34,324 bases of DNA, taken from positions 1 to 34,324 of the forward strand of contig SNRW01000052.1 in NCBI GenBank assembly GCA_008636045.1, given 5' to 3'. Source of the DNA: Streblomastix strix (lineage: Eukaryota). The notes beneath the pieces are model-generated. The model worked only from the letters and a program-made list of their open reading frames with translations. It had not been told where the DNA came from and did not search any database. Both the position numbers and the translations under genes were made by a program. How positions within the stretch are numbered: position 1 is the stretch's first letter; the number at the start of each line of letters is the position of its first letter. Positions 12,772 to 24,800 of the stretch are shown here, piece by piece.

Positions 12772-13606
12772 TCACCAATGCAATGATTTTTCATTAGCAA
12801 TTGGCCCTGCTGTTGGTGCTCGAAGTTTCCTCAGTTATCGAATGGGGCATCTATATCGAAAAATCAACAAATAAATAAGTTAAATATAACTATCAATTCA
12901 AGAATATTCATCTTATACCTTCAATCTCACCGTTCTTCTTCATGAGCTCTAATTATTCCCTCTCTATTTTCTCTTTCTCTTATTCCTATCGTTCTTATTA
13001 TAGCAGAAGTTATTCCCTATCAATTTCTTCTTATAGATGTTCAATCATTTCTGGCGTCTCAAATTTAGCCAAAGCAATTTCTGCTGCACGATATGTTGAA
13101 GTTCGTATATTATCCACGATTCGTTGATACGCTGGTTGTTACTTCCAAAAGTCTAGCTTCTATCCATTTTTGGCAAGAAGTGCATAAGTATCACTTGGAT
13201 GTGCAATTGTACGAATTGAAGGCTAGTCCATAAGATACTGAATTGTATTAGGTCTGATAAATTTGTTAACATTTTCTAGATGTCCAAACATCATCACAAG
13301 AACAGAACTGTATTCATTTTTCTTTTATACCTCTTTCAATAGATACTTGTACAAATAATCATTAAAATCCTCCAGAGATTTCTTGGAAATTGCAGTTATT
13401 CCATCTTTTAACTTTGCCAGGGGTTATCTTGGTTCATAGCTACTGTTTCTTTACATTTTCCCCCTCAAGACCTCAGCGAATACGATTGCATCAAATAATA
13501 ACTCTTTGGCAATATCAGCGAACCGATCCATATCGATATTATTAAAAATCTCATCAGCATCAGGACTAACAGATTTATTCGGTTCCTCCTTTTAATCAGT
13601 AGTCAT
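12772..13606 (-). CDS. Hypothetical protein (~230-255 aa) with a C-terminal E/Q/R-rich coiled coil; 3' end ambiguous
   Basis: ATG at 13606 opens a frame under TAR=Gln (MTTDQKEEPNKSVSPDADEIFNNIDMDRFADIAKELLFD...LDFWKQQPAYQRIVDNIRTSTYRAAEIALAKF...MKKNGEIE). A likely intron at 12851-12918 precedes a GC-richer terminal exon. Possible stops are 12908 (unspliced), 12831 (spliced) or 12772 (spliced plus a 1-nt shift). Confidence 0.75.
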
Positions 13607-14382
13607 TCTTGATAATTAAAGTGAATTATCAAAAAATAATATGACATTTAAAATCGGGTTTATTTGCATAAATAAAGTGTTAATTCTTGTGCTTTAAGAT
13701 AATATTGGAAATATATAATGTTTATAATTTAAAATAAATAGCAAAAAATGATATATAATATTCGAATATGGAAAAAACTGAGTTTTTGAATATTTTTCCA
13801 TTTTCAAAGTTAAAGTTCAATTTTAGATTATTTTATTGGCAAGCAGGATTAAATGATAAAGAATTTTGTAAGCCAAACACATTCAGCTTATTCAGTTAGC
13901 AAAATTTTTTTTAAATGTTTCGAACAATTACATATACATTTATATATAATTTATTTCTCTTGAAAAAATTCAACGATTGCACTTTACATTAATTTTATTT
14001 ACAATTTATTTTATTTCAATTAGAACTAATCAAAATAAATTTTTTAAATAAAATTCTTACTTTTTTCTTGAATTTATCGTTTAATTTGCTAAAATTTGAT
14101 TTAATATCGATTTAATATATGATTTTATCATTATTTACAAATATAATAATTTGTTTTATTACTAACTTAGATTCACTACTTCCAAGTTTAATTTAATTTT
14201 ATAAATTTAGATATTATTCAACACTCCACAACATTTCATTATTTACAAATTCAGAATATATTATTATTTCATATTTATTAATTAATTTTACTCTATATTT
14301 AATAATCATTGATTCAATGCAATATAATTTGTCCAAAACTTTTTAATTTTAATTTATTTTTTAATTCTTTAGAATCATAGAA

Positions 14383-15743
14383 ATGCCACCAAAGCGAGAA
14401 ATACGTAGAGAGACTATGCATTACTGTAGTTTGTGTGGAAAATACATATCAAACAACAAATTTAATATTGCAAATCATGAGAAAACTGAAGGACATCAAG
14501 AGAATTTAAAACGAGCTCTTGAAGCAAAAAATAGAGAATAAGCCATTAAATAACGAAATATGGATGAAATAGAACGAATGAAGAAGGTTTTCTTACTCAT
14601 TAATAATAAATTTTCATCATACAGCCTATTCTCATCTTATTTTTTTAATAGATGTCTCAAGAAGCTTCAGCTCGGGATGCCTTGATGATTTATCAAGAGT
14701 CAAGTAGTTACATTGGAGTTACTCCGAATATTTCTGCACCTTCTGATGTTCCTTCTACAACTGCTCCAACTATGCAACACAAAGGAGATCTTTTAAAACA
14801 AGAATAAATAATGAGTGAAAAAGTCCTGGAGCGATTTGCTTTACCTGAATAATGGGTTGCATTTACAGATGATAAAACAGGAAAAGTATATTATTATAAC
14901 TCAGAAACAAAGACAACATAATGGGAAAGACCAATTATATCAAAAGATCAACATTCAAAGAATGAATAAGAAAAAGCATAGAAAGCACTTGAGTTAGAAA
15001 AAGAGTAAAGATCAGTAAAAGAGAACCAGAAAATTAAAAGGATATAACAAATGATGTAAGACGATGGAGAAGATGAAAATGAAACTTAACTTGTCCTTCA
15101 AAAAGTGAAAAGAAAGCGTGAAGATGCTGAAGAAAACGATGAAAGTCAGAATAAAGACAAGTAGAATAAGTCTGGGAAAAAATAAAAAAATAAATAAGCT
15201 GAAAAAGAATATGATCCAAAGAATCCATTTGGTTCGTGGGTAACATCCTCTACTCCATCATATCTGCAATAAAGATCTGAATAACTTTTGAAATTGGATG
15301 AAGAAAAAGAAAAGAAAAAACAAGAGTAAAAGGAGGCAACTATCAAATTAAATGAAAATGAAGAAAATATGGAAGCAGGAGATAATGTAATAGAACCCGA
15401 GTATTAAGAAAGAGAGTTTTTTCCTAAATAATATTCGAGGAGAGATAAAGCAGATTAATCTGCACTGCTCCAGCTTCCAGTAGCGATTGTGGATGCCAGT
15501 GCTGGTAAATGGGATGAAGAAGCTGCAGAATTGGAGCGAAGAAGGCAAAGAGAAAAGGAGAAGCTGAGAGATGAATTCGAAATGAGTTCAGACATGACTT
15601 TTGGAATTAAACGGATAAGAAATGAAGGAGGATAATCAGTAACTGTTTCAAAAAGTAATGAAAGCAAGCCAAAACCAAAAGCATTTATATCTTTTAAACT
15701 TAATGTCCCTGTTACATTGAAAAATAAAGACAAAAAGATATGA
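14383..15743 (+). CDS. WBP4: WW domain-binding protein 4 / FBP21-like spliceosomal protein (U1/matrin-type zinc finger + WW), 431 aa. Exons 14383-14586 and 14652-15743
   Basis: N-terminal matrin-type C2H2 finger HYCSLCGKYISNNKFNIANHEKTEGHQEN (14419-14505) followed by a coiled coil. WW domain LPEQWVAFTDDKTGKVYYYNSETKTTQWERP (14841-14933), downstream NPFGSW motif and basic tail AFISFKL. One 65-nt phase-0 intron (14587-14651); TGA at 15741-15743. Confidence 0.8.
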
Positions 15744-15768
15744 TTTTATTATACTAAATAAAAAAAAA

Positions 15769-15817
15769 NNNNNNNNNNNNNNNNNNNNNNNNNNNNNNNN
15801 NNNNNNNNNNNNNNNNN
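15769..15817. other. Assembly gap (49 N)
   Basis: Run of N preceded by an A homopolymer. It truncates the 3' end of the minus-strand giant gene. Confidence 0.98.
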
Positions 15818-15818
15818 T

Positions 15819-18800
15819 TTCTTGTTGAGCAGCTTTTGTGGTTTTTGAAGTAAAAAATGATTTGAGTACCGACTTCACAATGTTGATTGCATTACTTGGC
15901 AATGATCCACGGATTAAGTCAAACATGATTTTAGAGAAAAGCTTTTCATAAGATGATGCAAGTGAGTGATATACAATTGGTTTGATTGTAATTGCACAGT
16001 TGTCAAAGTCAATTAAATGTATTTTCTGATCTTCGCCCTCGCCTTCACCATGATTATATGATAGCAGCATCTCTTCTAATCGCATATTAATAAAATTGAA
16101 TACAACATATTTCTTAGCTCTGTGTTTCATTTGCTCCACTTGTGGATTCTGAATCTGGTTTCCAATAGTATTATTTTAACTCTTTTCAATGGCAAGTTCT
16201 TTCTTATCAGTTTAACTTTATTTTTAATAATCACTTAGTGAATCATTTGCTTCTTTGCCTTATTTGTTCTAAACTAAGTTATTCGCGTCCTTTTTCTCTT
16301 TATCTTTTAATTTCTTCTTTTCTTTCTTTTCTTTTTGTTTCTTTTTCTCATCTTCAGATTAAGACAAAGAAGAAGAAGATGATGAAGATTCTTCTGATGT
16401 TGAAGATGCGCTCCATTCTTCCCAATCCTCTTCGTCTTCCAATAATTCTGTAGAAACAACTTATTTTTTATTTTGCTTCACTTTCTATACAGAATGAAGA
16501 GCTTCATGATGTTTGTTATGTGGTGAACATATCTATGATCCGCTTTTTAGTAATTTCTTTGCATATCTCCCCATTATTTCTCCATTTGGCATTTCATCAT
16601 AGTCTTCACCTGCTATTATATTTCCCTTCTTCCATTCATTCATTCCCAAACTTCTCAATAATATTCCTTAATTAGAATTATTATTATTTTCATATTCATT
16701 TTCTCCTGATTTTTCATTCTTTTATTTTTGATTCATTTAATTTTCATTTCCCCAAATTAAGTCTCTTAATATATTCAATAGTTGATACATTTCGAAGCTC
16801 TGTTTGTTATCTTTATTAATCTGAAAATTAATTATTTAACTATTATTTATATTATTATTTAATTAATTATCTTCATTAGATCTCAAAGTCTATTTTTATT
16901 AGCTATAAATGGATTCTTTCTCAGATACATTATATTCATCATTATCTCTTTCATTGCTACTCTTCCTGTTTAAAGATCTTCCTCTACTTTCTTTATTCTT
17001 ATCATTTTTATTTCCTCTTTTATTTCCTTTGTTACTTTCCATTAAACTGTCACTTTGTTATAACATATTACTACTAAGCAATAGACACACCTATAAAACA
17101 AGATATTCACCAGAGCTTTTAAACCACTAATGTTTGATATTATTTAAATTGCTACTGTTACTAATTCCTGGTGCTGAAAATATATCAAATTAATTCTAGA
17201 CACGAAAGAGTGAAAATATTGGATTTAATTCATTCATTTTTTTCAATTTTTATAATTACTTTTATTATTATTATTTTAATATTGATGCTTATTCAATATT
17301 TACTTCATCTATCTAAGTCTCTTATTAAGTTTAAATTGCTTTTTCATATGCAACAATAACATCAAGTAAATTATAATTAGATTATTATTCATTTTCGCTG
17401 TTAATTTATATACTATTACTCTTTTATCTTTGATGGCTAAATTAAGGTTATTATTATTAAGTATCATTCTACTACGAAGGAGAAAAATATGGAGATTATT
17501 AAGTTGGTCTAATTGCTGGTGATATTTACAATTATTATAATTTAGGATTCTTATTAATTGACTGAACTGAGAAAGCTTGTTAATTCAAATCTAATTTATT
17601 TTTGATTTCTTTATCATATTATAATCTTTCTTATTATTTATGCTTCTCCTGTTCTTACTTTTATTTTTCCTTTTCTTTCTCTCTTTCCTTCTCTTATTCA
17701 ATCTCTTTCTCTTTCTCTTTCTGATTCTCTCTTTTCTTCTTCAATCTTTCTTTTCTTTCTTATTTCCTCTTTCTCTCTGGGAAGAAGTAGGACCTCATTA
17801 TACCGTACATGTCAAATGTTATTCTGGCTTCTAATGATGTTAAATTTATTTCAAGTTAATCGTAAACCGTTTGCCCAGCAACAGGTGCTCTTTGAATGGC
17901 TATTATTCTAAGAACGGGATTTGAAACTGTTTTACTATCTTCATTTTCTGAGTACTCATCATCATTATTATCATTGATATCTTAATTAGTTTCATAAATT
18001 TGACTATCTTTAGATTTTTTAGATTATTTGTCACTTTTCTATTTTTTCTTCACTTCTTTTTCTTTTTCTTTCATTTCTTTCTTTTCATTTTTATCTTTTT
18101 CTTTTTTTATTTCTTTCTCATATTTTTATTGTTAACTTTATTCTTTTTTCATCTCTTTCAAATTAATCTCTTCTTTGATTTATTAAGCCAATTATGCATG
18201 TTTATAACTTGTTCTTATACTCGCATTTGGTGGAGGTGATTCAGCTCTTGCAGCAAGACCCGAAAATGGATTTATGTCAATCTATTAATTTGCTTATTAT
18301 ATTTCCACCTCTTTCTGTTCTTATTATAATTTTTATTCTTATTATTTTGATGGGATCCTAAAATGAGGGGGAATTGATGGAGTAATACGAGGAGATGGAA
18401 GTCTACGAGAAGGAAGAGGAGGAAGTGAAGATGATGTTAATTGAGAAGTATTCTTACTTGTTTATGACTGAGCAAAAGAAGACGGTAATTATATTGGAGG
18501 TATTGAAGAAGGAAGTGATGGAATATTTGATGGATTATTAGATGGTGGAAGTGAATGTGGAAGTGAAGGTGGTAAGGATGGAGATGAACTCTGAATTGAA
18601 TGATGAATATTTGGATGTTATGATGGAGGCTATGTAGGAGGTAATGATGGAGATGATTATGTATGATAAGAAGGAGGAATTGGAGGGGGATTTGATGGAG
18701 GAAGTGATGGTGATATTCTAAGAGGAGCAGAAGTGTATTATGAAGGCTAAGAAGAAGAAGGAGATTATGAATGATGAAATGGAGGAGGCTGTTTTGGTAG

Positions 18801-21800
18801 GGGAGGAGGAAGTATGTTAATATTTGTGCTTATTTATTTCTATTCTTATTATTAAGATTATGATAAAGATTTTGGTGATTGCTATTATAGTGGCAGTTAT
18901 GTATGAGAAGGCATTTTAGGTAAAGGTCGATCCATTTTCTGTTATTATTATTACAGTTATTTCCTAATAATTTCATTTTAATTTGTTCCATAAGAACTTA
19001 AATAATTGTCTTTTTAATTTTTCTCTCCAATAGACGATAAGCGTTTATCTAATCCCTTTGCAATTATTTAATTTGCTGCATCTTTGAATTTTTATTTTAA
19101 ATTAGATTACTATGATTAAGACTAATTTATTACATTTTCATTATCTTTCTTAGTTAAATCAATATTTGAATATTCATCCTATTATTTATTTTATTTTTTA
19201 TTGATTATAGAATTAATAACAGTATTTGCAACGTTTGGTAAAGATTTTATAATTTATGATTATATTTGTTGGGGTAATTCTTATTTAATAAATTGTTTTG
19301 CCTCATTAAATGAGCTTTAATATGAAGACGAAGATTATTCTAATTATTTTGAAGAAAAGGATTAATTATCTGAATTATTTGGAATATCAACAACAATATC
19401 TTTCTCATTATTCTCATTTATCACTTCTTTTATTAACTACTTCATTGTTATTCCTTTTGGTTGGATGTTACTCGACTATTTCTTCAGTATCATTCCCATC
19501 TTCATTCCTAATTCAACAGCAGATCCCATTCTCATAACCATCCTCTTCTTTCTTTGCTTTATTTTTCTTATTTTCTCTTTTTCACTTTCTCTATTATCTT
19601 TCAAAGACAGCTGCGGTTGAAGCATCCTTTGAAATCTTCGTGTTTTTGCTCTCATGTTTTGTATTTGAATATCCTCAATTTCGACTTTGCATTAAAATTT
19701 GCCTGTTTGGAATATTGCAATCGCAGAATCAATAAATTCTAATTAAAATTAGATAACTGGTTTTTCTTCTAGAATCAGTTTCCACTCTAAATGGTCAGAA
19801 GAAAGAGATATGTGCACATATGGAATTATATTTCCAAACTCGCCAATATTTTCTTTTTTTAGAGTTAATCTATTGGCTTTTAGTTCTCTTCTTAGCCTTG
19901 TTATTAAATTGAAATGGTTTCTTATTGTTTCAATCAATTTTTCTGCTTCTTTTCCTATTTTTGCACATTCAACTTATCTAACAATAAGTTGACCTTCTTG
20001 TCTCTCTTTTTTAATTTACTTTAAATAATCTTTTGTAATTTTTAATGTTTGCAAATCTATTTTACTTGCTTGTTTTTAATCTAATTATGAAATAGGGATT
20101 TGCATTTAAGTTAACTATTATTCAGTAGTTTATTTTGTTTAAGATGGAAGAAAAGGAGGTGGAATTATAACTGTATTTTTAGAATTAATTTTAATACTAT
20201 TTTAATCAAAGCTTTATTAATTAAATGAAGGCATTAAATTTTCCTTCTTGATGCTATTAAAATCTGACTCTAAATGCAATTATTATTGTTGGCTATTTTA
20301 TGGTATATTTATTTGATTTACTCCCACTTCTATATCATTAAAATAATTTTATTAAACTATTTATTTTTCATTTAAAATATCTTATGATGAATTTATTTTT
20401 AATGAATTATTATTATTCAATTTATTTTCATTTTATTTCATTGTTTCACCCACATTCAATTAAGATTCTCCTTTTTTCTCTTATTTTGATCTGTTTATAT
20501 TCTCTTAAATATTTATCATTATTTCTGATTAAATCCTTCTTTGCATACTTCTGAGTTAACCTAAATAGTGCAAAGTTCTTTTTTCTAATTTTTTTATTTC
20601 AAAAACCAAATATTCAATTTATAATTATCTTTTCTCAGATAATAGTAAAGGTCGGTTAATTAATTAGGTATCATATTCTTGAATTTATTGTTATTACGAT
20701 TTGGAATTTGATTCATCATTTTATTTTTATTTTAATTTTTCATCTTTATCTATTTTTAATGGAGATGGAGAAAACATTGAAGTTGTTAATTCTTTATTTT
20801 CATTTGTTTTTAAAGGCTTCAAATCATGCTTCTTTTAATTTTTTTCCGACATCCTTCCGATTTGGGGAGTTATTTATAAATTATAATTTTAATTATAACT
20901 ATTAATAATTGAAGGATCTTCTTACAATAAATTTTGAAAATCAATATTCATTACTTAATCTTGTAATAGTGAATCTTCTTAACTATACTAAAATTTAGTA
21001 TTTACTGATAATAAAACTGATGTTATTAATTTAGTTAAAATCTCAAATTAATTTTCATCCAATGAAGCAATGACTTTTTATAAATCCATCATTATTTATA
21101 TTTCAGGTTATTAAAATTATTGTGAATTTTCATAAGAAGTCATTATCACTTTTGCGTAAATTGGAAATTGTTAAGTTACTGTTTTCATTGTTATGCATTT
21201 AATACTTTCTTAATTTTATTACTCTAAATTCTATAATGATGGTTATTAAGAAGGTTGTTATGAAATGTTTCCAATCGAAAAAGGTTTTGATTAATTAGAT
21301 TATTGCTATAACTATTATTGTTAATCTAATTTATCTTCAGTAAAAATAGAAGAATAGTCTGGATAAGCTGTTCTGAATCTAAAGTTCATACCAAACTTTT
21401 ACTCTCTTCTTTAAATCATATAATTTTCTCCATTTTTATTCTTATTCATTCTCTCCATTATTTTCTACCTATCTTTAAATCTCTATATCTAAATATCTCT
21501 TTTTTCTTACTTTTCTTTTTCTCTAATTCTTTTATTAATAAAAATAACCCATTCAGTTGGTTGTAATAAATATCTTAGATGCTGTGATAGCAAACCTCCC
21601 CACGATTTTTTCTTAGATCTAAGCTAACCATTAAACAAATCCTTGAATATGCTATACGCATACAAACTCTTTAATGGAACGCATTTACCATTACTTTCAT
21701 CATGCGTGGCAATTGCTAATTAAATATTAGATGAAGCTAAACAATATTCAGATCTAACATATTATTTCTTAAATTGATACATTGCTGCTTATTGCGCAAT

Positions 21801-24800
21801 TTAAGTATACGATTTTGATCCTGATGAACTGGAAGAAGATGATGATGATGGTCGAGGAGATAAACTTTAGTTATTCTATAATAGTTCTTTATCATTACCA
21901 GCTCGAGGCATCTTAAATAAAGGAGGATTAGATTTGATTTATATATTATTAATATTAGATTGTATTTAATATGGTAATGGTGGAGTCTGAATCAAACGAT
22001 TGATTGAAAATGGAGAATTCATTTTCAATTAATTCATTTATTATTATTTTTAATTATTATTTTTTAAGCTTCTTAATGTTTAGGCTTTAAACTAATCTTT
22101 AGTGTTCTAATTTCCTCCAATTTTATTGATATTAATTTATTATTACTTTTATTAACTTACTTATGAGGAAGGCATTTATTATTTTTTTCTATTAATTATA
22201 GTTAATATTTAGTCAAAATGATCAGGTAGGAAAGGAGTATAAGTTTAGAAATTATGAACACTCAGTCTTAACACTTCTGCTGTAACTAACATAAAACCTT
22301 AGACATTTTTGTCAACGATTTATATTTAGACATTAGTAACATCAAGAATCATTGAAGTTTCTCCAAATGATTCTAATCCTATATTAATTATATCTCCACT
22401 ATTATTACTATTAGCTTCTAACTGCTGAAGTATTTGTTATTCGTTATTTTATTGGATGTTATTATTATTTAATAATAAAGCATTCGAAGACTAAAATGTT
22501 GGATTTAAATATGCCAATGGAGATTATTATTATTATTATTATTATAAATTAGATTCTGATTTAATAATCTGTGTACGGATTGTGTCACTACCCCCAAGTT
22601 CATAATTACTAATTAATTACTACTATTAAATCATATTCTATTTTAATGCAATTTCTTTCTCATTATCTTTTTCTTATTCCTTGAATATTCCATATCTTCC
22701 ACTCATACTCTTTTCATGTCCTTTTAAATTCAGTAATTATAAATGAGGTAAAAGCAGCGGATATCTCAGCTTTAATTCTTGCATTTAATGACTAATAACT
22801 GACCATTAAGAAGTTAAAAGAGGAGAAAATACTTGTTATATCATTTATTATGATAACGATGATGATTTTGACTGTAATGATATTGAATGCTATTGATTTG
22901 CACTAGACTAATCAATTTCATCTTCTTCTTAATCTTCAGCTAATTATTTACTATTGTCGATTGCATTTCTTAAATTGAATGATTTTAATATTGTTCCAGA
23001 ATCTGAAGTTAATATTTTGCCTTACGCAGTTGCAGATGCTTGTGACAATGGTGATTTTTAGTTGGATTTGATTTATTTTTGTTATTATTATTTTTATTTA
23101 TGCTTTCTATTTAAAGTTGGCGTAGTTGGTTTTTAAGATGATTATATTCTCAATGTTTGTGAAACATTTTATTAATTAAAATTAGCGATCTATATGGAAG
23201 TTCTCTAATTATCATATTAATTTTCCTATTAAAATGCGTAACTTTAAATAAAAGAAGGCGTTTGAGATTGAGATTAAGTATCATAGATATTCTATTTTCT
23301 TTACAATAATAAGTCAACATTTTGATCAAATTTATAATTTGGTGTTGGAGGTTTTGAGTCTATTTTATTGTTATATATATAATTGTTATTAATATTTATA
23401 GGATAGAGAGAGAATGCATTGTAATCTATCAATATTGCGGCTTGTAATGATAATGGATGAACTAATTCTAAGCTTCTTTCAAATTCCCCCAATGACTCTG
23501 AAAGTGGGAGATACGATTTATTATTTTGTTGCTACGAGGATGATTTAGATGAAGCAGAAGTTTATTATTATAATGATGAAGTTGATGATGATTAATCTTG
23601 AGTTTATGTTTATTTCTTTTCCAAATTATCAATTTTTAAGTCATCATCGTCTTCAGAATGCCACATATTAAATACGGTGTGGACAAACACTTTTGCAACT
23701 AAAACCAATAAAGGAACTGCTTCTAAAAGGGAATCTCTCATTTCATTTGAAAAAACAGCTCTTACACCATCAACTCTAACAATGATACGAGCTCCATCTA
23801 AGAAACGAGATGAAGCTTATTGTCGAAGCTGTTCTTCGTTTTTAATCTCTTATTATTGTTCAAAATATTTATTTTATTATTAAATTTATTATATAACATT
23901 AATTTATTGTTATTGTTAATTCTATTATGAAATTTAAGAATGTAAATCTTATTATTGTTCTTATTTTATTAATTATTATTAAGGAGAAAAATCAAATTAT
24001 TGTAATTCAAGAGTAGGTTTGTAATATTTATAGTTAAAATTAAAATCGCTTAATGGTAATGGTTTTAGTTAAACAGAATAGCTTGATGCATCAATGACTT
24101 CAATTTGTGATGCAGTGGATGTTATTGTTTTTGAATCAAAGCTTTCTTCATCTTTATCTTTTGGTTAGTATCTTAATTAGACCTAATTTTCATATTTGAA
24201 TAAATTGCCACTATTATTTTATGCATTTTCAATAATATCATCCTTTTGTTGTGTTTATTAATATTAATATGGATATTATATTTGTGTTAATGAGTCGTTA
24301 TATGTGCTTAAAGTAGGGAAATTTAATTATGATTAAGAATTAAAATTCAAATCATTTGTACTGCTAATATATGGAGAAATAGTCTAATTGTATATTTATT
24401 ATTGTGATTCATTTATCAGGTTCATTGTACTATAACTACTCGCATTCCTTTACTATTTCAAATCATACATTTATAAATTATTAACTTCTAAACTATTTAA
24501 TCTAACATTCTATATGTCTTCAATACAATCTTCGCAAATTAATTAAGGATAAGCAGGCAATATCTGAAGAATAACAGATTCAATACTTATAACTTTAAAT
24601 GAGTCCCACGGATTCATAAGTCCAGCTCTAAGGAACTACAATGATAATATCGAATGGTAAAATGGATGGTCTGGAGCTGGAAGTAGTGACGATAATTGAA
24701 ATGGTGCATTTGTACTATTATTCAATGAGATTTACTTGAGCGATGAGATAATTCGATTTCTTTTTTATAATAATTGGAGATGAATATTTTGAGATATCGA

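Noticed and set aside
11118..13669. Octamer ATGCAAAT about 50-56 nt upstream of two start codons (11118-11125; reverse complement at 13662-13669)
   Set aside because: Only two cases, in opposite orientation relative to their genes, and in very AT-rich DNA where chance matches are likely.
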